Below are positions 56,323-64,000 of a stretch of DNA of 64,000 nucleotides, one piece after another. The number at the start of each line of letters is the position of its first letter. Positions within the stretch are counted from its first letter, which is position 1. Below the pieces are notes generated by a model. That model was not told where the DNA came from. It made no database searches and saw nothing but the letters and a program-made list of their open reading frames with translations. Made by a program: the position numbers and the translations under genes. The stretch is from NCBI GenBank assembly GCA_040218735.1, contig JAVJQW010000055.1, positions 114,508 through 178,507 on the forward strand, read 5' to 3'. The stretch is from Deltaproteobacteria bacterium. GTDB lineage: Bacteria > Myxococcota > Kuafuiibacteriia > Kuafuiibacteriales > Kuafuiibacteriaceae.

Positions 56323-57965
56323 TGGGTCGAATTCGGATCGTCGGGCTCTTGTGCCTCGCCGCCTGCGGTGGCGGGGAAGAAGGCTTCGAGGCGCCGCCGT
56401 GCGGGTCCTTCGAAGGACGATCCGAGGGGCTCCTCCCCGGCCCGGGCGCCCCGGGCCACGACGCCGAGCTCGAAGCGATCGCGCTCGAGCACGATCGCCT
56501 CTGGCACGCGGTACACGCCGCCTCCACCGGGCTCAACGCCGACTACCGCATGAACGGCGCCGAGCACCGCGCGACGTTCGAGCAGTTCGTCGCGAGCGGC
56601 GCGTACGACTTCGAAGCCGAGACCGGTATGCGCCCCGAAGACCTCGGTCAGTGGGGCAAGTCGGCGGGGCTGTACGGCGGCGTCGGGGTCGCGGCCGACG
56701 CGTATCGGTATGGGGTCCTGCGGGACCTCGGTGCGGAGTGCGCCGACGTCGAGCGCGCGCGCGCCGAGCTGGTCCGCGGGTTGGAGGGCATGGACATCGC
56801 GGCGCGGATCACCGGGGTGCCGGGCGTGATGGCGCGGGCGGTGCTGAACCACGCGAACAACGCCGCGACGCCGTACGAGACCACGCCGCTCTTCGACGCC
56901 GACGGAGACCCGCTCCCGGAGGAGAAGAACAACGGCACGTGGCGCGACGATCAGAGCGGGGAGCTGTCGGACTGGCAGTGGGAGGACTCGCTGTCACGCG
57001 ACATGCTCGTTGGGTGGGCGATGGCGTTCGGCGCGGCGTGGGAGGTCATCCGCGAGGACGACACGATCGACGCCGCGGTGAAGGCGCGCCTGCAGAAGAA
57101 CGCGGGTGACGTCGCGCGCGGGCTGATGGTCGTCGGTGAGTTCGGCTACGACCTCGAGATCCCGGACGCCGACGGCCGGCCGACCTTCCACGCGTACCTG
57201 CACGAGTCATCGATCGATCGGCTCTACATCGACGGCGCGGAGAACGGCTTCAACGCGGTGATGGCGCTCGGGATCGTGGGGGCGCTCGCGTACGCCGCCG
57301 AGGACGAGGCGATCGACCGTTACGTGCAGGAGGAGCTGATCGAGCGCCGCGACCTCCCGGGCATCGCCGCCGAGGATCTGCTGTTCGTCGGGGTCGGCGT
57401 GGGGTCGAACTTCTCGAACTTCAACATGGCGTTCACCGCGATGTTCCTCGCGCAGCGCTACGTCCGAGACCCAGACGCGCTGACCCGTATGCGTTTGTCG
57501 CTGCGTTACGAGCTGTGGGCGAAGGACGGCGTCGACGAGCGGCGCCCCGTCGACATGGGGCAGAGCTTCTTCGACTACATCTACGCGGCGGGCGACGCCG
57601 AGTCCCACGTGGACCACGCGTCCGTGAAGCCGTTCGACGCAGGCGCGGTCGAGCGCGGCACGAAGACCCTCGTCGACTTCCCGCGCGCCCCGTACTTCGA
57701 CGACCCGGTCGAGAACTGCGACGCCGAGGAGCTCGCTTCGCAGGACTGCGTGTTGAACGACGGGATGCGCGTGCGGGTGCTCGGCGAAGTCGGCTGGAAG
57801 GGCACGCTCGTCGCCAACCAGATCGTGCCGATGGCGGTGCGTCCTTCGAGCAACTACCACTGGCGTTCGGATCCCTACCGCGTGAACTCGGAGGGCTCCG
57901 GCCTGTCGATGAACCCGGCCGTCGACTTCCGCATCGCGTACTGGCTCGGCCGCTGGGTGCGGTGA
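56322..57965 (+). CDS. Hypothetical lipoprotein (possible alpha/alpha-toroid fold)
   Basis: LAAC lipobox; ITGVPGVMAR, WEDSLSRD, DFRIAYWLGR. Confidence 0.7.
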   Translation: MGRIRIVGLLCLAACGGGEEGFEAPPCGSFEGRSEGLLPGPGAPGHDAELEAIALEHDRLWHAVHAASTGLNADYRMNGAEHRATFEQFVASGAYDFEAETGMRPEDLGQWGKSAGLYGGVGVAADAYRYGVLRDLGAECADVERARAELVRGLEGMDIAARITGVPGVMARAVLNHANNAATPYETTPLFDADGDPLPEEKNNGTWRDDQSGELSDWQWEDSLSRDMLVGWAMAFGAAWEVIREDDTIDAAVKARLQKNAGDVARGLMVVGEFGYDLEIPDADGRPTFHAYLHESSIDRLYIDGAENGFNAVMALGIVGALAYAAEDEAIDRYVQEELIERRDLPGIAAEDLLFVGVGVGSNFSNFNMAFTAMFLAQRYVRDPDALTRMRLSLRYELWAKDGVDERRPVDMGQSFFDYIYAAGDAESHVDHASVKPFDAGAVERGTKTLVDFPRAPYFDDPVENCDAEELASQDCVLNDGMRVRVLGEVGWKGTLVANQIVPMAVRPSSNYHWRSDPYRVNSEGSGLSMNPAVDFRIAYWLGRWVR

Positions 57966-57975
57966 CCGAGGTCGG

Positions 57976-59529
57976 ATGCGACGTCTCGCGTCGGCGCTGC
58001 TGATCGCAGCCTTCGCGTCGTGCGGCGGACCGCTCGACCGCGTGGACGGGAGCCTCGTCCTGACTTTGACGGGCCTGCCGGTCGAGGCGGATCTGATCGA
58101 TCTGGAGCTGGTCGTCGGCGAGCGGAAGTTCGAGACAACCACTCCGGTCGCGCGGGTCATCGACGTGTTCTCCGCCGTGTCGGCGGGGCAGGGCACACTC
58201 TCGCTGACGGTGCGGGACGGCGACGTCGTCCTCACGCGGCGCGTCGGTATCCCGGTGACGATCGAGGCGGACGCGACGGTGAACGTGCCGATCGACTTCC
58301 TCGCGGGGCCCGAGATCGAAGTGGACGCGCCCGAACAGGTGCGGGTCTACGAGCGCCAGCGTTTCGATGTCGAGGTCGTGGATCGTTCGTTCGAGACGTC
58401 GCTGTATCTGACGGTCCACATCGACGGTGACCCGATCGACATCCCCGCGCGCACGTCGCGGGGTTGGTTGTTCGACGTCGACACGACGACGCTCGACGCC
58501 CTGTTCCCGGCCGACGTCTTGATCGAGATCGACGCGTGCGTCGATGCGTCGCCGCCGCGGTGCACCCACGTCGAGCGCACCGTGCGCGTCCATCGCGAGG
58601 TGTGGCGCACCGAGCTGTCCGCGCGTTCCTCGGTGGCGCCCGCCGTCGTCGGCGACCGCGTCGTCACCGCCGACGACGCGGGGCTCGTGACCGTCTTCGA
58701 CTACGCCGACGGCGCGAAGCAGTTCGAGGTCCAGCGGACCGGACCGCTGCTCGCGGGCCTCGGGGTGGTGGGGGATCTGGTGTTCGTCGCGGACGCCGAC
58801 GGGGAGGTCGTCGCGATCCACACGCAGACCGGGACGGTGTCGACGTGGACCGCCAACGTGGGTGACCGACTCCCGACCGACGTCGTCCCGTTCGACGGAG
58901 GTGTCGTGCTCGCGGCCGGAGAGCGCCTCACCCACGTCGCGCTCGACGGCGTGACGCGGACGTTGCTCGTCGCCGACAGCACGATCCGCGCGCGGCCCTT
59001 CGTCGACGGCGAGACGTTGGTCGTCGCGGACCTCGACGGAAACGTCACGCGCCTCGACGCCGCCGGCGTTGCGCTCGAAACGGTCGTGGCGGGCCCACGT
59101 GTCCTCGCCGGCCCGGTCCGCACGAATGGCGTGACGTGGGTCGGCCGCACGCAGGGGCAGCTTCATCCCCTGGGGCAGCCGCAGTTGGATGTCCAAGAGG
59201 CGGTCGTGCACCCCATCGTGGTGATGCCGCGCGGCGTCGCGCTCGCCGCCGGGCACGCGTTGGTGTTTGCCTCGCTCCCGGCGGAGCTGCGGTTCGTGGG
59301 GCTCGGCTCGCCGATCAACGCGGCGCCGGTCCGGTACGGCGCGGGGCTCCTCGTCGGGACCCACAGCGGCCTCTGGGTCGCGGTCGGCGAAGACGGCCGG
59401 CGGCGGACGCTCGCTCGAGCTCGCGGCGTGGCGCTCGCGGCCTCCGTCGCGCCCGAACAGGACGTGGTGACCGTCGATTCCACCGGTGAAGTCGTGCGGT
59501 TGCGCGCGGAGGAGGATTTTTGGCCGTGA
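57976..59529 (+). CDS. Lipoprotein with PQQ-like beta-propeller
   Basis: FASC lipobox; repeated PAVVGDRVV, VFVADADGEVVA, PFVDGETLVVADLDG blades. Confidence 0.7.
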   Translation: MRRLASALLIAAFASCGGPLDRVDGSLVLTLTGLPVEADLIDLELVVGERKFETTTPVARVIDVFSAVSAGQGTLSLTVRDGDVVLTRRVGIPVTIEADATVNVPIDFLAGPEIEVDAPEQVRVYERQRFDVEVVDRSFETSLYLTVHIDGDPIDIPARTSRGWLFDVDTTTLDALFPADVLIEIDACVDASPPRCTHVERTVRVHREVWRTELSARSSVAPAVVGDRVVTADDAGLVTVFDYADGAKQFEVQRTGPLLAGLGVVGDLVFVADADGEVVAIHTQTGTVSTWTANVGDRLPTDVVPFDGGVVLAAGERLTHVALDGVTRTLLVADSTIRARPFVDGETLVVADLDGNVTRLDAAGVALETVVAGPRVLAGPVRTNGVTWVGRTQGQLHPLGQPQLDVQEAVVHPIVVMPRGVALAAGHALVFASLPAELRFVGLGSPINAAPVRYGAGLLVGTHSGLWVAVGEDGRRRTLARARGVALAASVAPEQDVVTVDSTGEVVRLRAEEDFWP

Positions 59530-60755
59530 ATCGCCAGTCCCTCGCCGGTGTTTGTAGGTGGGGCGTGATGGCTACGTTCATCGCGCTCGGCGCCCTCGCC
59601 GCTCAGCCGGCCGAAGGGCAGGTCGGTCTGGAGCTCGAGGTCGAGGTCACGGGCCGCACGCCGGCGCAGGTCGCGGTGGGGGCCAGCGTCGACGCAAACG
59701 AGACCGTCATCGCCTACGACTGGCGGACCCTCCCCACCGCCCAACCCTGTCGCGCGGAGACCTGCACCTACGACAGCGAGCTGCTCGGGTGCCGCTGGGT
59801 CGAAGCCGAGGTGACGACGCTCCGCGGCGACGTCGAGCGCGCGAACACGCAGGCTTGTGTCGAGGACGCCCCGGACGAAGCGCCGCGTGCGGAGCTCGTG
59901 GTCGAGGTCGAGGGTAGCGAGACCCGGGTCCGCGGGCGCGCGCGTGACGGAAAGATCGCGACCTTGTTCACGCGCATGTGGGTCGACGATCGCGGCCCGT
60001 TCGACGGCGACGCCGCGGTGGTGATCGACGTCGCGAAGGACTGCCACGTCGTCGACGTGTTGGTCGCCGACGAGGACGGTCGGGTCTCGTTCCTCAGCCG
60101 TCGCTTCTGCGCCGCCGACGCACCGCGCGCGTGGGTCGGCCCCAGCGAGGTGTGCCCGCCGATCGGCGCGGTCCAGTCGCTGTGCGCGGACGTCGAGCAC
60201 CCGCTCGGTCTCGACGTCGAGACGTCGTCGGTCTCCGAGATCGATCGCGACGACTGCACCACCGAGCGTGTGGACGGGCGGCTCGACCGCCGCGTGTTCG
60301 TCGTCCAGGACAAGCGCGGGATGCGCGGCTACGCGTCGGCTTTTTTGTGCGGTTCGGCGCCCAACGGTCGCATGATGTTCGCGGACGACCCGCCGCCGGT
60401 CAGCGCCGAGGCGGGCTCCTCGGTCACCTTCCGGACCACGGTGTACGGGGGCACGCCGCCGTTCTCGGCGTCCTCGGACGGCCCGCGTGTGACGGTGCAA
60501 CGCCAGGGCGCCGAGCCGACGTTCGAGATCGAGGCGCCGTTCTTCGGCGACCCGATGCGGACCGTCGAGGTCACGCTCCAGGACGCCGAAGGGCGCATCG
60601 CCACGTTCGACGTGCAACTTCGGTTGTCGCCGGGCAGCATGTTCAGCCCATCGTCGGACGAGGGGGCGAGCTGCCGCATGACGACCGGCTCCGAAGCCGG
60701 GTTGTTTGCTCTGCTCGGCGCGGTGCTCCTGCTCCTTCGTCGGAGGTACCGATGA
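59526..60755 (+). CDS. Secreted protein with MYXO-CTERM-like sorting tail
   Basis: Signal peptide; C-terminal GASCRM...LFALLGAVLLLLRRRYR. Confidence 0.75.
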   Translation: MNRQSLAGVCRWGVMATFIALGALAAQPAEGQVGLELEVEVTGRTPAQVAVGASVDANETVIAYDWRTLPTAQPCRAETCTYDSELLGCRWVEAEVTTLRGDVERANTQACVEDAPDEAPRAELVVEVEGSETRVRGRARDGKIATLFTRMWVDDRGPFDGDAAVVIDVAKDCHVVDVLVADEDGRVSFLSRRFCAADAPRAWVGPSEVCPPIGAVQSLCADVEHPLGLDVETSSVSEIDRDDCTTERVDGRLDRRVFVVQDKRGMRGYASAFLCGSAPNGRMMFADDPPPVSAEAGSSVTFRTTVYGGTPPFSASSDGPRVTVQRQGAEPTFEIEAPFFGDPMRTVEVTLQDAEGRIATFDVQLRLSPGSMFSPSSDEGASCRMTTGSEAGLFALLGAVLLLLRRRYR

Positions 60756-61471
60756 TCCTCGTCGACGACCGGGACCTCCTCGACCGATTCCGCCGCGGCG
60801 AGCGCGACGCGCTGCGCGTCGTCTATGAGCACTACGTCACCGACGTGACGCGGTTCCTCACGCGCGGCTTCACGTTCGACTCGCAGGGCCGCCACTGCGC
60901 CTTCTCCGGGTTCCGCGGTGGGTACGAGATCGAAGCCGCGATCCAAGAGGTGTTTCGGCGCGCCTTCGAGGAACGCGCGCGCCTCGCCTACGACGGGCTG
61001 CGCCCCTACCGCCCCTATCTGCTGCGCATCGCGCGGAACGCGGTAATCAACGACCTCAAGGCCAAGCAGCCCATCCTGTTTCGCTACCGCCAGGGCCGCC
61101 CGGTAATCCTCGAGCCGCCACCCGAGGAGTCGCCGGAGGATCGCCCGACGCCGAACGCGTCGCCCGAAGAGATCGCCGAGGCTCGCGAGGTCCACGAGCT
61201 CGTCGTCGCTTTCAAGGCCGAGCTCGACGAGCGCGAGGCAAAGGTCTTCCGCGCACGTTTCGAGGAGGGGCTCTCCGCCGAGCGCGCCGGGGAGGCCACG
61301 CAGCTCACCCGGTCGCAGATACGCACGACGGAGCAGAAGCTCCGTGAACGGTTCCTCGCGTACATGCAGTCGCGCGGGTACCTCGGCCATTACGGCCGCA
61401 CCGACGCCGGGCTCGAACACGGCGTTTCGGCCGTCCTCCTCGCCCTTTGCTTCGGGAGTGTCCTGTCATGA
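60752..61471 (+). CDS. ECF RNA polymerase sigma factor
   Basis: LLDRFRRGERDAL, IQEVF, YLLRIARN, region 4 ELDEREAKVFRARFEEGLS. Confidence 0.88.
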   Translation: MILVDDRDLLDRFRRGERDALRVVYEHYVTDVTRFLTRGFTFDSQGRHCAFSGFRGGYEIEAAIQEVFRRAFEERARLAYDGLRPYRPYLLRIARNAVINDLKAKQPILFRYRQGRPVILEPPPEESPEDRPTPNASPEEIAEAREVHELVVAFKAELDEREAKVFRARFEEGLSAERAGEATQLTRSQIRTTEQKLRERFLAYMQSRGYLGHYGRTDAGLEHGVSAVLLALCFGSVLS

Positions 61472-62190
61472 CCAATCGCCTCGACCGCCTCGTGGACCAA
61501 CGCTTCAGCCGTTCGCTGTCGACGAACGAACGGCACGACCTCGAAGCCCACCTTGCTTCATCGCCGGTCGCGACGGAGCGTTACCGTCGCCTTCACCTGA
61601 TGGAGCGGGTCGCGGCGCTCGGTCCGGAGCGCGCGCTCGAAGAGCCTTCACCGCTGGAGATTCAGCGGATCGCACACGACCTCGGTCTGCTCGAGCCGGA
61701 GGTCGCGCAGGTTTCGTTCTGGACCTGGCTCACGTCGATCCGCACCGTCGGCTTCTCGTTGTTCGCGGCGGCCGCCTTCGCGGCGGCGCTGCTGTTGATA
61801 CCGAACGCGGAGACCGTGACGGAGCGGGGCGGCACGTCGTGGTCGGCGTCGGCCTACGCGGTGTCGTCGGCGGGGGTGGAGCGGCTCGGCGACACGGTCT
61901 CGACGACGCAGCACCTGAAGTTCCGAGTCACCCGCGAAGGCGAGGGCGCGCTCGACGCGCTGAGCGTCGTCATCCTCGATGCGAGCGGCGCGCGACACGT
62001 GGTCGCCGTGGAAGCGCCCACGTTCGAAACCGACACCGCGAGTGTCCCCGGCGCGGTGGCGCTGGATGGGTTCCCGCCGGGCGCGACGACGGTGTGGCTG
62101 GTGCGCGGTGCGGCCGACACGATCGGCGCCGAGCTCGACGACGCGGACGTGCTGGGACGCTTCGAGGTGCGCCTGACCGGAGGGCCCTGA
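61468..62190 (+). CDS. Membrane anti-sigma factor with degenerate zf-HC2
   Basis: LEAHLASSPVA, single TM, ERGG motif after TM; coupled to sigma. Confidence 0.72.
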   Translation: MTNRLDRLVDQRFSRSLSTNERHDLEAHLASSPVATERYRRLHLMERVAALGPERALEEPSPLEIQRIAHDLGLLEPEVAQVSFWTWLTSIRTVGFSLFAAAAFAAALLLIPNAETVTERGGTSWSASAYAVSSAGVERLGDTVSTTQHLKFRVTREGEGALDALSVVILDASGARHVVAVEAPTFETDTASVPGAVALDGFPPGATTVWLVRGAADTIGAELDDADVLGRFEVRLTGGP

Positions 62191-62191
62191 G

Positions 62192-63655
62192 GTGAGCTTC
62201 GTCGCCCTCGCGGTGACCTTGGCGAGCGCCGTCTCGAGCACCACCGCCGTGCATCGCAGCGCGGTGATCATCGGCGTCAACGACGCGTTCGAGTCGAGTC
62301 AACCTACCTTGCAGTACGCGGACGACGACGCCGCGCGCTGGTACGAGATGTTCGCCCCGTCGTTCGATCGGGTCGAGCTCCTCACGGTCCTCGACGACGA
62401 GAGCCAGGACATCTTCGGCGACGCGGCGAAGGTCGCGCGTCCGCCCAACCTGACGACGCTCGAACAGACGCTCGACCGCATGGAGCGCTCCGCGGCCGAG
62501 GCGCGCGACAGCGGGCGGCGGACGGAGCTGTTCTTCGTTTACGTCGGCCACGGTCGAGTGGCGGGCGGCGAGGGGGAGGTGAAGCTCCTCGGAGGCGCGC
62601 TCACGCGGACGCGCCTCACGGCCCTGGTGCTGGAGCGCGCGACGCACGATCGCACGCACCTGATCATCGACGCGTGCAACGCCTACCACCTCGTCAACGC
62701 GCGCGGCGCGGAGCAGGCGCGGGTGACGGCGGACTTCGACGATGCCTTCGAGGACTTCGTCGACGCGCAGGACGTGACGCGGTTCCCGTCGGTCGGGGTG
62801 GTGTTGTCGACGAGCGGCGCGGGCACGACGCTGGAGTGGTCGCGGCTCCTCGGCGGGGTGTTCAGCTACGAGGTGCGTTCGGCGCTGACCGGCGCGGCCG
62901 ACGCGGACGAAAACGGCGCGGTCGACTACACAGAGGTCGAGGCGTTCCTCGCGTCGGCGAACATCGAGGTCCCGGTGAAGAAGGGGCGCCCGAAGGTCTA
63001 CGTTCGCGCGCCGCGCATCGAGCGGAGCGCTCCGCTGCTGGAGCTGTCGGATCGGGTCCCTTCGCTGGAGCTCCCGCCGGAGCTCGACGGGCACTACGTC
63101 CTGGAGGACGACCGCGGCGTCCGCTACGCGGAGCTGCACAAGGCGGTGGGTTACCGCGTCGCGCTGCGGCTCGTGCCGCGCGCGGGTTACGCGCTGCTCA
63201 CGAAGGACGGCGGAGAGCTGTGGCGCGTCGACGCGCCGAGCGGCGTGGTGCGCCCGCCGATGCCCCTCGGCGAAGCCGTGCGCCCGTCGCTCCCGCGCGG
63301 CGGCGAGGCGCCCCCCGGGATGTTCGCGATGCCGTATGGGCCCGAGTTCCTCGTCGGCTTCCTCGCGAACGATCGCCTCACCGCGACGACACCGGCCCCG
63401 GCGCCGCCACCGACGTTCTCCCCGTTGCTGAAGTGGTCCACGATCGGTGCGGCCGTCGTGCTCGGCGGCCTCGCGACGTGGCAGGCCGTGGACGCCGGCG
63501 CGACCTTCGATCGCTACAACGCGGCGTTCGACGCCGTGGAAAAGTCGAACCTCGAAGCCTCGGTGCGCACGAAGCGCCGCTGGGCAACGGGGCTGGGCGT
63601 CGCGAGCGGGGTGTTGCTGTCCGCGGGCGTGGGAATGTTGGTGTTCGACCTCTAA
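62192..63655 (+). CDS. Caspase-like (C14) peptidase with C-terminal TM helices
   Basis: VIIGVN, LQYADDDA, YVGHG (His), IIDAC (Cys), GAADADENG. Confidence 0.85.
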   Translation: MSFVALAVTLASAVSSTTAVHRSAVIIGVNDAFESSQPTLQYADDDAARWYEMFAPSFDRVELLTVLDDESQDIFGDAAKVARPPNLTTLEQTLDRMERSAAEARDSGRRTELFFVYVGHGRVAGGEGEVKLLGGALTRTRLTALVLERATHDRTHLIIDACNAYHLVNARGAEQARVTADFDDAFEDFVDAQDVTRFPSVGVVLSTSGAGTTLEWSRLLGGVFSYEVRSALTGAADADENGAVDYTEVEAFLASANIEVPVKKGRPKVYVRAPRIERSAPLLELSDRVPSLELPPELDGHYVLEDDRGVRYAELHKAVGYRVALRLVPRAGYALLTKDGGELWRVDAPSGVVRPPMPLGEAVRPSLPRGGEAPPGMFAMPYGPEFLVGFLANDRLTATTPAPAPPPTFSPLLKWSTIGAAVVLGGLATWQAVDAGATFDRYNAAFDAVEKSNLEASVRTKRRWATGLGVASGVLLSAGVGMLVFDL

Positions 63656-63680
63656 GCGCTGACGAAGTCATCCGCGTCCC

Positions 63681-63838
63681 TTGAACTTGAACTTGAACTT
63701 GCCCTTGCCCTCCTTGGCAGGGGCCAAAGTTCATCGCAGCGCGACATGAACCAGGGCAACAGGCGGTCCGGGCAAGGGGTCGTCGTCGCCCAGGGCCGTA
63801 AGCGGAGCGCCAGGAACCCTTTCCCGAGGAGGGCAAGG
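63681..63838. repeat. Palindromic intergenic element with hexamer repeats
   Basis: (TTGAAC)3(TTGCCC)2 at 63681-63710; 15-bp inverted repeat with 1 mismatch, 63703-63717 versus 63824-63838. Confidence 0.65.
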
Positions 63839-64000
63839 ACTCCCCACCTTTTTTCAAGGAGCTCGATCAACGTTTTCCTGCGGTGCACGGCGCTCGGGAT
63901 CGTACTTGCCTCCAGACTTCAGTACGGCGCAGAGCACCTTGAGGAGTCGGTCCGCGACGCCGCGGATCGCGCGTCCGTGTGAGTGACCTCGGCTTCGAAG
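63838..64000 (-). mobile_element. IS110 family element, 3' end (continues beyond the window)
   Basis: Transposase tail followed by TTGAAAAAAGGTGGGGAGTC; exact boundary inferred. Confidence 0.6.
63854..64000 (-). CDS. IS110 family transposase, C-terminal fragment
   Basis: Manual translation LRSRGHSHGRAIRGVADRLLKVLCAVLKSGGKYDPERRAPQENVDRAP*, resembling the IS110 C-terminal helix plus YDP. Confidence 0.75.
   Translation of the reverse strand, partial: LRSRGHSHGRAIRGVADRLLKVLCAVLKSGGKYDPERRAPQENVDRAP

Noticed and set aside
63378-63982. Short track ORFs including the QVQVQVQ peptide
   Set aside because: Translations of the hexamer repeat and IS end; no coding signal

Overview
High-GC bacterial window, most consistent with Myxococcota (MYXO-CTERM-like tail, many LAC/AGC lipoproteins, RDGG/RDAG linkers, ECF sigma/anti-sigma/caspase trio, several sigma-54 boxes). 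In order: a partial alpha-2-macroglobulin gene; a lipid-handling locus (two GMC oxidoreductases, a Tat partner, a tandem lipase pair of which one lacks the catalytic Ser, MMPL, LolA-like protein, OM barrel); a tightly coupled minus-strand lipid-type biosynthetic operon (FAAL, 2 FabH-like, 2 ACP, carboxyltransferase, GH3 ligase, TM-LbH acyltransferase, AMP ligase) that ends in an ArsC-like gene with an in-frame TGA in a UxxC motif and a SECIS-like hairpin, which the ORF track misses, with an upstream SDR and a divergent MMPL; GST; ArsR-SRPBCC-YdeI; clostripain-like protein; LysR; MscS plus AAA partner; a His/heme lipoprotein cluster; effector-like orphans (papain-like, caleosin-like); aminotransferase; Mla/Pqi-type ABC system; two-component pair; a degenerate M64 peptidase; a surface-protein operon ending in ECF sigma/anti-sigma/caspase; and the 3' end of an IS110 element abutting a palindromic repeat. 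No rRNA, tRNA or CRISPR array was recognised. All family calls are motif recognition by eye, not database searches.
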